Shown: positions 26,050 to 37,120 of the stretch, piece by piece | Position numbering within the stretch: position 1 is the first letter of the stretch | Layout: every line of letters starts with the position of its first letter | Assembly (NCBI GenBank): GCA_965287045.1 | Contig: OZ336888.1 | Span: forward strand, 11,718,001-11,782,000 | Source: Carcharhinus amblyrhynchos | Taxonomy: Eukaryota | Length of the DNA stretch: 64,000 nt | Direction: 5' to 3' | Position numbers and translations under genes: made by a program | Notes under the pieces: generated by a model | What the model saw: the letters and a program-made list of their open reading frames with translations, nothing else | Databases searched by the model: none | What the model was told of the DNA's origin: nothing

Positions 26050-26372
26050 TCACCGCAGGAAGTCCGTGACCTGTGCTGACACGACCTGAGCCTCTCAACG
26101 CCACCCCTGACCTTTATCGTGGCAACTCCCTGACCCAAGCTGACATGACCCAAAACAACACGAACCTCACTGACCCCCGACATTTATCGTGGTAAGTTCC
26201 TGGCCCAAGCCAACACAAACCTCACTGACTGTACCTGACCCTTATCGCAGGTGCCCCTGACCTGAACTGAGACAACCCAAGCTAACCACACCTGACCTTG
26301 AGCATTGGAAATCTCTGACCTGAGCTGACACAAACCTCGCCAACCTCATCCAACCTTTAGCACAGGAAGTCT
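26050..26372 (+). repeat. Degenerate ~50-70 bp tandem array rich in TGACC
   Basis: Recurrent gacctttatcg(t/c)(g/a)g...cctgacc(c/t)(a/g)agctgacac...aacctc. Confidence 0.7.
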
Positions 26373-26527
26373 TGTTGTTTGTCTGCTCATTAACACTCTG
26401 ATCCCTCACATACAAACAGATGGTGCTATGGGTATGAACTTATTACTAATGCCTGGTATTTATTACTCAATGATACACCTTACATTTCTAGTAATTTTTA
26501 TTTATCCCACACCTGACATTCCCCTTT

Positions 26528-26720
26528 TGGGCAGAACAGTGGCACAGTGGACCCGGATTCAAATCTGGCCTTGGGTGACTGTGTGAAGTTTGCACATTCT
26601 TGCCATGTCTGCGTGGGTTTCCTCCGGGTGCTCCGATTTCCTCCAAAAATGTGCGGGTTACGTTGACTGGCCATGCTAAATTTCCCCTTAATATCCCAAG
26701 GTGCGTAGGTTAGATGGATT
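26528..26720 (+). mobile_element. HE1-type SINE, partial
   Basis: Partly deleted head plus V-domain. Confidence 0.8.
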
Positions 26721-26852
26721 ATAACATTGTAGGAAGGACGTGAACACACTGGAAGGGTTGCAGGAGGGATTCACCAGGATGTTGCCTGAGATGGAAGTTA
26801 GGTTGGATTGTTTTTGTTGGAGCGGAGAAGACTGAGGGGTGACTTGATTGAG

Positions 26853-27083
26853 AATTCTGGAATTCTCTGCCCGTTGAAGTGGTGGAGGCTGCCTCGCTAA
26901 ATATTTTTAAGACGCGGGTTGATGGTTTTTTGATAAGAGAGGGGATTAAGGGTTATGGGGAGAGGGCGGGAATGTGGAACTGAGCCACGACAGATCAGCC
27001 ATGATCTTATTGAATGGCGGGGCAGGCTCGAAGGGCTAGGTGACCTACTCCTGCTCCTATTTCTTATGTTCTTATGTTCTTAT
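26853..27083 (+). mobile_element. Young CR1 3' end, near-identical to ~13405-13628
   Basis: Direct match by eye with few substitutions; (TTCTTATG)n end; sits inside an older CR1 at ~26730-27370. Confidence 0.9.
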
Positions 27084-27899
27084 TATTATGAGGGGCAAGG
27101 ACAGGATGGATAGGGAGCAGCTGTAAGGTCAGTTACAAGGGGACACAACTTAAGGTTTAGTGGGTATTTGAGAAAAAACTTTTTTACCCCGAGGGTGGTG
27201 ATGGTCTGGAGGCGGGATTCCTCACATCCTTTAAGAAGTACCTGGATGAGGGCTTGACATGCCATAACATTCAATGCTATAGGCCAAGTGCTGACAAGTG
27301 GGATTAGGTGGGCAGGTCAGGGCATTTTGTGCCTCGGTGCAGGCTTGACGGGCTGAATGGCCTCGTCAGCGCAGTAGTATTAGCTATGGTAAATGTATGG
27401 GGTTACGGGGAGAGAGAGAGCCTGAATAAGATACTCTGTCAGAGAGTTGGTGCAGATGGGCTGAATGACCTCTTCTTCATTGTAGGATTCTATGATTCGA
27501 CTTTTGACTATAGCTAGCTTAGGCTTCGGCTATTATAATGTAAGTAATACTAGGCCTATGTGCAACATTCAAAAACTAAAATCTCAAATTCTGAAACTCG
27601 ATCAACCCTGAGGTTTTTGGATAAAGGATATTTGACCTGTAGGATGCAGCTTTTCATATATCTCTGCAATTAATTCGATGTGGATTGCATCAGAAAAAAA
27701 ACACCCAGCACATGACCTGCTGAATCTTTGCTAATTTTCAGCAGTGCGATTTTCTTAATGTATTATCAACTGTCTCAACAGCGAGGTTATCTCAGCAAGG
27801 AGATGAGGCAATTGAGACGTTAACATGTTTTGGGTGACAGTGTGGGAAGGATGTGTTAGAAGTAAGGAGATTCGTGGTTGAGTGTTTCCAAAGCAATGT

Positions 27900-28180
27900 C
27901 AAGTTTAATGTTTATTCATTAGTCACAAGTAGGCTCACATTAACACTGCAATGAAGTTACGGTGAAACTCTCCTAGTCACCACACTCCGGTGCTTGTTTG
28001 GGTCAATGCATCTAACCAGCATGTCTTTCAAACTGTGGGAGGAAACCGAAGCATCTGGAGGAAACCCATGCAGACATGGGGAGAATGTGCAAACTCCACA
28101 CAGACAGTGCCCCAAGCCAGGAATCGAACCTGGGTCCCTGACGCTGTGAGGCAGCAGTACTAACCACTGTACCACTGTGC
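27900..28180 (-). mobile_element. HE1-type SINE, tail B
   Basis: Match with a small internal deletion. Confidence 0.9.
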
Positions 28181-28554
28181 AATATTTGGCAGAAAGCAAA
28201 ACGAAACAGACCAATTGCTGCAGCACTGCTTAATTTATTGAGATATTCAATTAAGATCATTATTCATTGGAAAATTACATGAAATTACTTTTGATTGTTT
28301 TCTTGGATTGAGAGATTATAAATTTTTCTAACCTTGCCTCTGTACTGAAAAGCAGCTCTTCATTTAAGTGATGAAGTTAAAGATGCCTCAAACATATACT
28401 GGGACTCACTAAGGCCACATTGCGTGATACCGCATTAGGAACCAACTCCTTAAGTAGCGAATTAATTACAATCAGGAAAAAATGTGTTTAACTACGAGCA
28501 CTAATACCCCTGAGAATTAGAGAATAAGTCAAGACTAATGGACTATTTTAAAAG

Positions 28555-28882
28555 GGTGGCACGGTAGCATAATGGTTAGCACTGCTGTCTCAGAGTGCCA
28601 GGAACATGGGTTCAATTCTGGCCTTGGGTGACTGTATGGAGTTTGCACATTCTCTCTGTGTTTGTTCCAGTTTCCTCCCACAGTCCAAAGATATACAGTT
28701 TAGGCCATGCTAATATGCCCCTTAGCGTCCTAAGATGTGTAGGTTATATGGATTAGCTGTGTAAATACATGGAGGTAACAGAGATAGAGCAGGGGAGAGG
28801 ACTTGGGTAAGATGCTCTGTCAGAGAGTCAGTGCAGACTCAAGGGGCTGAATGGCCTCTTCTGTACTGTAAGGACTCTATCA
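28555..28882 (+). mobile_element. HE1-type SINE, tail A
   Basis: Full match. Confidence 0.88.
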
Positions 28883-29139
28883 TATCTTGATGTCAGCTGT
28901 GTGAATCCATCATGATCAAGGTGGTAGATGTTGTTCAATTATGTTTCTAATGTAGTCTACAGCCGGACTCTCTGACGTCCTGTCATTTCTCTTTACCTGT
29001 CCTTTTAAAATACAACTAAACAGGCCATGTACTGATTTCATTTCTCCTCTGTGAAGCAATAGGCTTACTTAAGACACTACATAAATGCATTGTTAGAAAG
29101 GATGGTGAAAGAATCCAGCCAGTGATCCACTAAGCAAGT

Positions 29140-29485
29140 GTTTTTCTCATTCATTCATGGAACGTAGGCATCACTGGCTGGGCCAGCACTTATTACCCAT
29201 CCCTATGGCTTTTGAACTGAACAGTAGCTTGCTACACTATTTCAAAGGCGATTTAAAGAGTTAACCACAGTGCTGTGGATCTGGAGTCACATGTAGGACA
29301 GACTAGGTTAAGGATGGCAGAGTTAAAGGATATTGGTGAACCAGATGGGTTTTTATGACAATTGACAATGCTTTCACAATCGTCATTAGGCTTTAAATTC
29401 CAGATTTTCATTAAATACAAATTCCACCATCCATTCAAACCTGGGTCCCATGATTACTAGTCCATTGACACTACTATTATGCCAG
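29140..29485 (-). mobile_element. tRNA-derived SINE family 2
   Basis: Shared core ggagtcacatgtagg...gtgaaccagatgggttttt. Confidence 0.7.
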
Positions 29486-29580
29486 TATATTGCTTATAAA
29501 ACAACTGTATCTTTATTAAAACAATGGACAGCACACCACTGCATATATAGATTTGCATATGAACATTGAAGGGATATTAC

Positions 29581-29978
29581 TAAAAGTAAATTACTGCAGA
29601 TGTTGGAATCTGAAACCAAAGGAGAAAATGCTGGAAAATCTCAGCACGTGTGGCAGCATCTATAAGGAGAGAAAAGATGACCCTTTCAGAGTCATCTGGG
29701 TTTTGAGCCAGATGACCCTTTGTCAAAGCTAAAAGGCAGAGGAGTTTGGCCATTCACAGCTTCTATTCTCTCTCTGAACAGTCATTAGCACCCCTTAGCC
29801 TTTCCCCTTGTTTTTGTGGCTATGACTCATTCCCTCACCCTACAGTATAAATATCTCCCATTTTCTGTGACTTCTGGCTTTGTCAAAGGTTTGTCTGGAC
29901 TCGAAACATTGGGTTTTTTTCTCTTCTCACTGATACTGCCAGACCTGCTGAGATTTTCCAGCATTTTCTCTTTTGGTC
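29581..29978. mobile_element. Penelope-like family 2 inverted insertion with ~33-nt tail
   Basis: Arms ~29614-29730 and ~29875-29977 are imperfect reverse complements; duplication AAGGGATAT(T/C)A at 29569-29579 and 29979-29989; degenerate hammerhead cores in both arms. Confidence 0.75.
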
Positions 29979-30225
29979 AAGGGATATCAGCGGCGGACAG
30001 TTCTAACAAGGTGAATATATAAATATAGTCAGACATGCAGTGATTCATTCCACCAGGCCCATTATCCCTCTGAGGTTCAATTCTGATCATTTTGCTTTAT
30101 GGTTCTCAGAAATTGCTTTCGGGTTTCCAGCATAAGTTTGTCAGATGTACACGTTTCCGAAGTAGATAAGGTAAAGTGAATTTAAATGATGCGCACCCAT
30201 TCCAGTTGAGGCTAATCAGGACAAT

Positions 30226-30763
30226 TAGAACATAGAACATTACAGCGCAGTACAGGCCCTTCGGCCCTCAATGTTGCGCCGACCAGTGGAACCAATCTAA
30301 TGACCCTCTAACCTAAACTACTCCAATATTATCCACATGCCTATCCACTGACCATTTGAACGCCCCTAAAGTTGGCGAGTCCACAACTGCTGCAGGCAGG
30401 GCATTCCACGCCCTTACTACCCTCTGAGTAAAGAACCTACCTCTGACATCCGTCATATATTTATCACCCCTCAATTTAAAGCTATGGCCCCACGTGTTAG
30501 CCATCACCATCCGAGGAAAAAGGCCCTCACTGTCCACCCAATCCAATCCTCTGATTATCTTGTATGCCTCAATTAGGTCACCTCTTAACCTTCTTCTCTC
30601 TAACAAAAACAACCTCAAGTCCCTCAGCCTTTCCTCATAAGACCTTCCCACCATGCCGGGCAACATCCTGATAAATCTCCTCTGCACCCTTTCCAATGCT
30701 TCCACATCTTTCTTGTAATGTGGCGACCAGGACTGTATGCAATACTCCAAGTGCGGCCGCACC
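30226..30763 (-). mobile_element. CR1 LINE 3' end, second young family
   Basis: Open ORF 30313-30765 VRPHLEYCIQSWSPHYKKDVEALERVQRRF...RFFTQRVVRAWNALP; (TTCTATG)n-type tail. Confidence 0.92.
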
Positions 30764-30893
30764 AAAAGAGCTGAGGTCCACTTGAAACACCAGCTCTTTT
30801 CTCTCCTTACAGATGTTGCCAGACCTGCTGAGATTTTCCAGCAGTCTCTCTTTTGCTTTCAGATTCCAGCCTCTGCAGTAATTTGCTTTTTAT
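30764..30893 (+). mobile_element. Penelope-like family 2 terminal fragment
   Basis: cagacctgctgagattttccagca...ttcagattccagcctctgcagtaatttgctttt matches the 29.6-30.0 kb element. Confidence 0.65.
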
Positions 30894-31958
30894 CATTTTG
30901 CTACAATAACTGTTTGCAAAAGGAGCTCTTGCTCATACCCAACAATGACTCATCATTCAAAAGGAAATGCACTTAAACTTCAATCAGAGCAACCATATTT
31001 CTTCCAAGTGTAATAGGTGACATTTTGTGCTGGAAAACGGGGCCCACATTCTGCAGCTACTCCCTGTGAGTGAGTGCTCATTACAGGTGAAAATCTATTC
31101 TGAGAGGGAACCATAAAAGGAATTTTGCACATAACGTAAATCAGGAAAATGGGTTTGAAATCTAGGGAGGTGAGTTACATCAACTTTACAGGCAAGGTAT
31201 GTAAAAAATATTACAACATATTTAAACTCCACATGTTACAACTGACCGACATTTATGTGAGAGCTTACATGGTGCATTGACAGATTATTCAACCCTTATT
31301 CAAGGCAAATCTGTTGTCATCTGGGCTTCATACTAGAACACTTCCGACAGGAGAAACCTAAAAAGCAACCATGTATAGGAACCATATCAGACTTTACCCT
31401 CCCTAAGCCAGGGGAATTAAGTTCCGAATTCTTCCAGCCACCTTGTCTGAGAACTGCGCACTCATTATAGATGGATTGTGGCTAGCACCTACCTCGGTCT
31501 TGTAGCTCACTAGGCAGCATCTCTACCTCCAAGCCAAATTCTAGGTTCAATTCCCACTCCAGAACTTGTTGGCCATGAGGGAGTGTTCATGATGCAGTTG
31601 AACCGGTTGATGTGCAACCTTCGAATCCTTCCAACACTATTCCCCACAGGGGAAATTGTACGTTAAGATACGAAACAAGCCTAGTTTGCATAGATTGGCT
31701 CCTCTCTATCTCAGCCTGGCTGATGTCCCAGTGGAGTATTACTTTGATCAAAGACAACGCTAAGGAGTTGTGTACATTACTAAATTTGATTAACCAAGGT
31801 TAGCAGCTGAGTAAACTCTGATTAGCAAAGCAGAGAGACGGAGCATAACATTGAAACTGAAAACTTTGCAGTTTCATTGTGCCTGATCAGAATGTAGCCC
31901 GTGCCCTGTGATTGGGATGCAGCTCCTTGAAGCTACATCTCTGCTTTTGACATTAATC

Positions 31959-32177
31959 ATGATGTGGAGATGCCGGCATTGGACTGGGGTAAACACATTA
32001 AGAAGTCTCACAACACCAGGTTTAATCCAACCAGTTTATTTGATAGTAATCCCACAAGCTTTCTCTGATCAGAACCTTCCACACACCTGACAAAGGAACA
32101 CCGTTTCCGAAAGCTTGTGGGATTACTGTCAAATAAATTGGTTGGATTTAAACCTGGTGTTGTGAGACTTCTTACTA
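31959..32177. mobile_element. Penelope-like family 1 inverted insertion with tail
   Basis: Imperfect inverted arms; target duplication TGACATTAATC at 31948-31958 and 32178-32188; degenerate core CTGACAAAGG...CCGAAAGCTTGTG. Confidence 0.8.
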
Positions 32178-32269
32178 TGACATTAATCCACAGGCATAAG
32201 GGTGTCCTGAAGAAACAAGATCTGGATTTATATAGATTAACCAAGGCAGATTCTTACTGTTGTCTATCA

Positions 32270-32530
32270 CAATGACAGGTGCTGGATTGAATGTAAATGC
32301 ACACTGCACATACACACATGTGTGTTTGATATATATGTGCATACACATTGTAATATGTGTATGGTATATATGTGTGTGCAATGTCAATGACAGGTGCTGG
32401 AATGGATGTATCTGCACACTACACATACACACATGTGGTTGATATATATGTGTGTACGTGGTAATACGTGTGTGTTGTACATATATATGCAATGTGCACA
32501 CTACACACATACAAACACAAATGTATACTC
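32270..32530. repeat. Two ~115-bp alternating purine-pyrimidine units in tandem
   Basis: caatgacaggtgctgga at 32270 and ~32385, each followed by CA/TA/TG mosaics. Confidence 0.75.
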
Positions 32531-32758
32531 ACAAATGTGGTTCAATCATCCCACATGAATCCAGTTTTTAAATTTACATCTCTTACAATGAACATTATTG
32601 ATAAATTCATTCCTTCTCAGCTGCTGGAATGTAGCTGATATGTTTGCCTATTTGATTTCAGATGGCTTACTAACAAATTGATCAAAAGACGAATCTAAGT
32701 ACAAAGCCAGGTGTCACAAGCAATTTCTGATTCGTTCTTGCCACGACCAAAGAATGAC

Positions 32759-32792
32759 TGTGTGTGTGTGTGTGTGTGTGGGAGAGAGAGAG
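32759..32792 (+). repeat. (TG)11 followed by a short (GA)n microsatellite
   Basis: Read directly from the sequence. Confidence 0.95.
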
Positions 32793-33428
32793 TTGCTCCC
32801 TTGGGGGGAGCAGGTCTATTCAAACTCGTGCAATGAAAAAGGTCAACATTACTGTAAACTCCTCGGATCCCACTTATTGAATAAAATGCATCAATTTTGC
32901 AAAACGCCAAGAGGGAGAGGGAAGAAACAAGCCGGCTGGTCCTAAATCGATCCTGACAGTCTTCCACAAATTAACAACCCAAAAACAGTTTAATAAGCAG
33001 TTTCTCTTGTCTAACCAACAATAAAATGAATCAAAACTTCCAGATTAGTCTATTCACGCAAGGTGACCAATGCAGAAAATCAGAGAGGCAGGATGTATAA
33101 GTTGGGTACAGGGGCAACCTGGGATATAAGAGATTGGTGGGGGAAAAAAAAATCAAAGTGAATTCACTCTGCTTGGAAAATTATGTTGTGCCAAGACAAT
33201 CTTTTGTTTCAGTCCTGGTTTTTAATGGTGAGAGCACAGTGGGGGAACAGCAACACTTTATATGTATACAGAACGCTCACACAAGACCTTAAGGACACAG
33301 AGGGAATTGACAAGAATTCCAACCTGTGTTTGTACGAAACGCAAGTCCCCCCCCTCCCCAGCTCCCCACTGATGGACATGCTTTCAAACGGCGATACATC
33401 ATCAGCTCAAGGCTGCGTTCCCACTTAC

Positions 33429-33503
33429 CTTTATGGCGAAAAGGAAACAAGCGATAAAAAGCACCATTGAGCAAACGGCTCCTCTTTGCAGGTCCCAATG
33501 CAT
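33429..33503 (-). CDS. Candidate first coding exon of an unidentified secreted/membrane protein: MHWDLQRGAVCSMVLFIACFLFAIK
   Basis: ATG at 33503-33501 directly after an in-frame TAA; 25 codons with hydrophobic core MVLFIACFLFAI; consensus donor AAG|GTAAGT (plus-strand acttac 33423-33428), phase 0; lies in a ~1.7 kb island free of transposons. Confidence 0.6.
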
Positions 33504-33990
33504 TTAACAGGGATGGAGAGATGTGGTGGCAGGAGGATGCGCTGCTGACACAGACAATGGCGTTTTGCTGCAGCATCGGATCACTCGCACTGTCTCCGCT
33601 GCCTCTGCATGCTGCACACTGCCTTTCAGCTGGATGTCCCTCCCTTCACTCTCACTGTCACGACCACCGCCTGTGGCTCACAGCCACCGCAAAAACAACA
33701 ACAAATGATGGACTTTGTTATTGTCCTCAACGGTTCTTATGCCCCGCACTTAGCTGGCGTACTGATCATCTCCTGCTTGTGATCCCTCCATCAGTGTGTG
33801 TGTGTGTGTTGCATTTGATCAATGGGCAGGGAGAATCCCCACACAAAAAGCTCATTCTCCTTGCTCTAACCCCGCCTCTCTCTCCTCTCCCTCTCCTCCA
33901 GGGAGACTGTGTGGCTCCTCCAGCCTGGAACCAAGAGTGCGGCCCTATTCAAAACATCCCTCCCCACAGTTTGCAGTTCCATTAACTGAT
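33504..33990 (-). promoter_or_regulatory. Putative 5' UTR/promoter of the candidate exon
   Basis: Transposon-free, more CpG than the flanks, GC-box-like CCCCGCCT at 33870-33877, (GT)n and CT-rich tracts. Inference only. Confidence 0.35.
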
Positions 33991-34264
33991 CCTTCTATCA
34001 TCTAATGTACAGCAAGAATCATCCAGAGAGAGAGAAAAAAAGATTGCAATTCAGAGGGGAATGGGGTAATTGTCAGAATGTCTCACTGCTCACTGAATGT
34101 CAGAAAGGTAATGTTCAGTTGAAAAGCCACTCTTTTCTAAATCCTGGAAGCATTCTAATCGAGAGTCAATCAATAACATGTATTTTTCTAACATAGAATT
34201 GAAGGGACGTTATCCTTCAGTTTGGAAGTAGTGGCTGAGAGATCATCTCCAACAATAAATAACG

Positions 34265-34566
34265 TCACAGAATCACTATTGCAGAAGAAGGCCATTTGAC
34301 CCATCAAATATACCTATACCGACAACAGTCCCACCCTATATTTCCCTGTAACCCCATATATTTACCCTGCAAATTCCCCAGACTAAGGGGCAATGGTCAA
34401 CCCACCTAAGCCGCACATCCTTGGGCTGTGGTAGGAAACCAGAGCACCTGGAGGAAACCCACATAAGCATGGGGAGAAAGTGCAAACTCCACACAGTCAC
34501 CCAAACTGGGAATCAAACCCAGGTCCCTGGTGCTATGAGGCAGCAGTGCTAACCATTGTGCCATCC
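34265..34566 (-). mobile_element. HE1-type SINE, tail A
   Basis: Full match. Confidence 0.88.
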
Positions 34567-34744
34567 TTGTTCCTAAAGTCACAACATCTAGGCACTCCCA
34601 CTTCCTTCAAATCTGTTTCTGGACAACTAAATAATAAAAGTTCTCAATGAATATTCATAATAATGATGTTTGTTGTATTTAATTAAGTATATCATCATCA
34701 ATTCATTTGATTAGTAAATCCTAACATAATTCCTAATATATTTT

Positions 34745-34950
34745 TATTTTATTTAATTTTCCATGAGATCTGGGCCAGCATTTGTTGCCCATCCCTAAAT
34801 GCTCTTGAACTGAATGGCTTGCTAGGTTATTTCAGAGGACAACTAAGGGTCAACCACATTGCTGAGGGTCTGGAGTCACATGTAGGCAGATTTCCTTTCC
34901 TAAAGGACATTAGTGAACCTGGAATTTTATAGCTATCAATGATAGGTCAC
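34745..34950 (-). mobile_element. SINE family 2, 3' part
   Basis: Same core and tail as 29140-29485. Confidence 0.65.
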
Positions 34951-35866
34951 CAGATCTATCAACATCAGGAGGTTGGAAGGGAAATGCAGCCAGAATAGGA
35001 GAGCAGCAACCTCAAATAATGAAAGGAGGACTACAATTTTTCATGCTCTGTGGATATAGATATAAACCACTGACTCAGGTTTGTGTACCAATCCTTGAAA
35101 AGTCAGTACTAGTGACTTCCTCGACTCATTCACAATCAAGGAATGAATATTGCCTTTGCTATAACTAATCTGGAATTGAGATCTGCTCTTCATTTTCCAA
35201 ATGTGCATTTTCAGCTGCCGTTTAATTGTTCCCTTCAGTTCTATTGATTAACCAATAAAAGCTGAAAGTGTGATACCTCTTATTGGTCAGGAATTTTTAC
35301 CGGACGTTGGAAGGCAAACTATTAGCATTCATACCTCTGAATCCTACCACAAATTGAAGATTAAGCACAAACACTTGGATTTTCCAGCCGCACTCACCCC
35401 AAGACCAGAAAATCCCACCCGAGGTCAGCGGACATTTGCATGGCCCTGTCCTGCTTGCTACGATTCCTGTGGCAGGCGGGATGCCCTGTAGTTGAGGTGT
35501 GTCATTCACTTCCTTGACATAGGCTTCATAATGGGACTTTACCCCATGCCTGTAGCCCCTAAACTGGCAATCAGTGAAATCAATTGATCTGACAATAACT
35601 TCCTCTTTATCACTCTCATGTCACCACTGCCAACTGTAGGTGAGATGCAACTGGGTCGTTAATGGTGGTCAGATCAAAAACTATTGCTGACAACTGAAAT
35701 GGCCCTGAAAAATATGTAATTAAATGTCTCCATTATGATTAATTATGAGGGCATAGTCACCTGCTGTAAAGACAACCCCCCATACAAGGAAGGCATGGTC
35801 CTGTAGTCCAGCAGTGGAGAATCAGCAACAATACAGCTTGGAAATACCACAGTGAGGACAATTACT

Positions 35867-35997
35867 TATCTGATGAAGGAGCAGTGCTCCAAAAGCTAGT
35901 GGCTTGTGCTACCAAATAAACCTGTTGGACTTTAACCTGGTGTTGTGAGGCTTCTTACTGTGTTTATCCCAGTCCAACGCCAGCATCTCCACATCAT
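35867..35997 (+). mobile_element. Penelope-like family 1 single arm beginning at the hammerhead core
   Basis: CTGATGAAGGAGCAGTGCTCCAAAAGCTAGTG...CTCCACATCAT; duplication GACAATTACT at 35857-35866 and 35998-36007. Confidence 0.75.
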
Positions 35998-36581
35998 GAC
36001 AATTACTCACACAGGTCTAGCAATTATCAGGCATTCAGACAGTTTCAGAAACTTCCTGTAAGATAGGCAATTTATATTCTGATAAGTTAGGCTCAAGGGC
36101 AGAAAACTGCTGCTGTCTGACATACACAGCATGAAATATTCACTCAATGTATTACACCTCCTTTACTTACAGGAAAAGATTGCTTTCAATTGAAGCAGAA
36201 AAGTGTAAGCAGGTGCAGGGGCTCAGCTGAGTAAAATTCAAATTTCCTTTGGAGATTTGGAGCCCATTTACCACATGGGTATTGAGCAAGCTGATGGGGG
36301 GAGGAGTATATCCCAGTTTATTGTACACCTGCAGTTGCAAATATTCTACATGTAAGGCACCGAATGTTATGCTGTGAAATGTGCCATGTGCTGTCTGCAC
36401 AGTATCAACTTGCCAAATTCTACAGGCGTACTTATCATCTGCTCTTTTCTTTCTGTTACAGGTTTGCCAGAACACCAAGATCATTAAATAAACCATCCCA
36501 CCTCACTGCAGTATCATCATGGATTACCCCAAAGATTTAAGCATTGGAGGGTTCACTGGGTGTGACCATCTCGATGGTAGA

Positions 36582-36704
36582 CATGATGTGGAAATGCCGG
36601 CATTGGACTGTGGTAAGCAAAGTAAGAAGTCTCACAATGCCAGGTTAAAGTCCAACAGGTTTATTTGGTAGCCAGGTTTATTTGGTGTTGTGAGACTTGT
36701 TACT
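36582..36704. mobile_element. Penelope-like family 1, internally deleted inverted copy
   Basis: Same terminus ATGATGTGGAAATGCCGGC; short inverted arm; GTGTGACCATCTC repeated at 36560-36572 and 36705-36717. Confidence 0.7.
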
Positions 36705-36914
36705 GTGTGACCATCTCAACATAGAATGAGTCACATCTCAAAAGTTGACAAATAGTGATGCAGGAAAGAGGAAGGCTGACTATCAAGGGATACCGTTAAT
36801 TGGGTTCAGCTAGTTAATTCAATATTTTAATCTCCTGGAACAGGCAGTGAATGGGTGGATATTGCAGGAATGCATTCAGTCACTTGCCTCATAGAACTTC
36901 AATTTACAGATCAG

Positions 36915-37120
36915 TGCCCAAAAATGTTCAGGTTAGATGAATTGACTGTGCTAAATTGTCAAGTGTCCAAAGATGTTCAGGTTAGCTAGATTGGTCATGA
37001 CCAATATATGGAGTTACAGACATAGGGCAAGGGAGTGGGCATAGGTGCTCTTTCGCAGAAGAGTTGGTGCAGACTCGATGGACTGAATGGCCTCCTTCTG
37101 CACTGTAGGGATTCTATGGA
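36915..37120 (+). mobile_element. HE1-type SINE 3' half, tail A (other partial copies at ~1549-1625, 27385-27497, 38243-38414, 41381-41540)
   Basis: ggtgcagactcgatgg...aatggcctccttctgcactgtagggattctatg. Confidence 0.8.

Larger units (their letters stand above)
25983..27639. mobile_element. Non-autonomous pogo/Tigger-like DNA transposon with nested HE1 and CR1
   Basis: TA|CAG-ATCCTTTATCCAAAAAC ... GTTTTTGGATAAAGGATATTTGACCTG|TA; termini resemble Tigger4/MER46-type TIRs; TA on both sides. Confidence 0.65.

Noticed and set aside
26050-26372. Repeat-spacer array
   Set aside because: The intervening parts are homologous to each other and unit length is irregular, so this is a degenerate tandem repeat.
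33467-33985. Longest ORF (172 aa, plus strand) as a gene
   Set aside because: Non-ATG start, no recognisable domain, crosses microsatellites, and is antisense to the better-supported exon.
36171-36328. Minus-strand upstream exon (CAG|GTG...CCT|GTAAGT)
   Set aside because: Poor polypyrimidine tract and weak exonic donor bases; unrecognisable translation; cannot be supported without RNA data.
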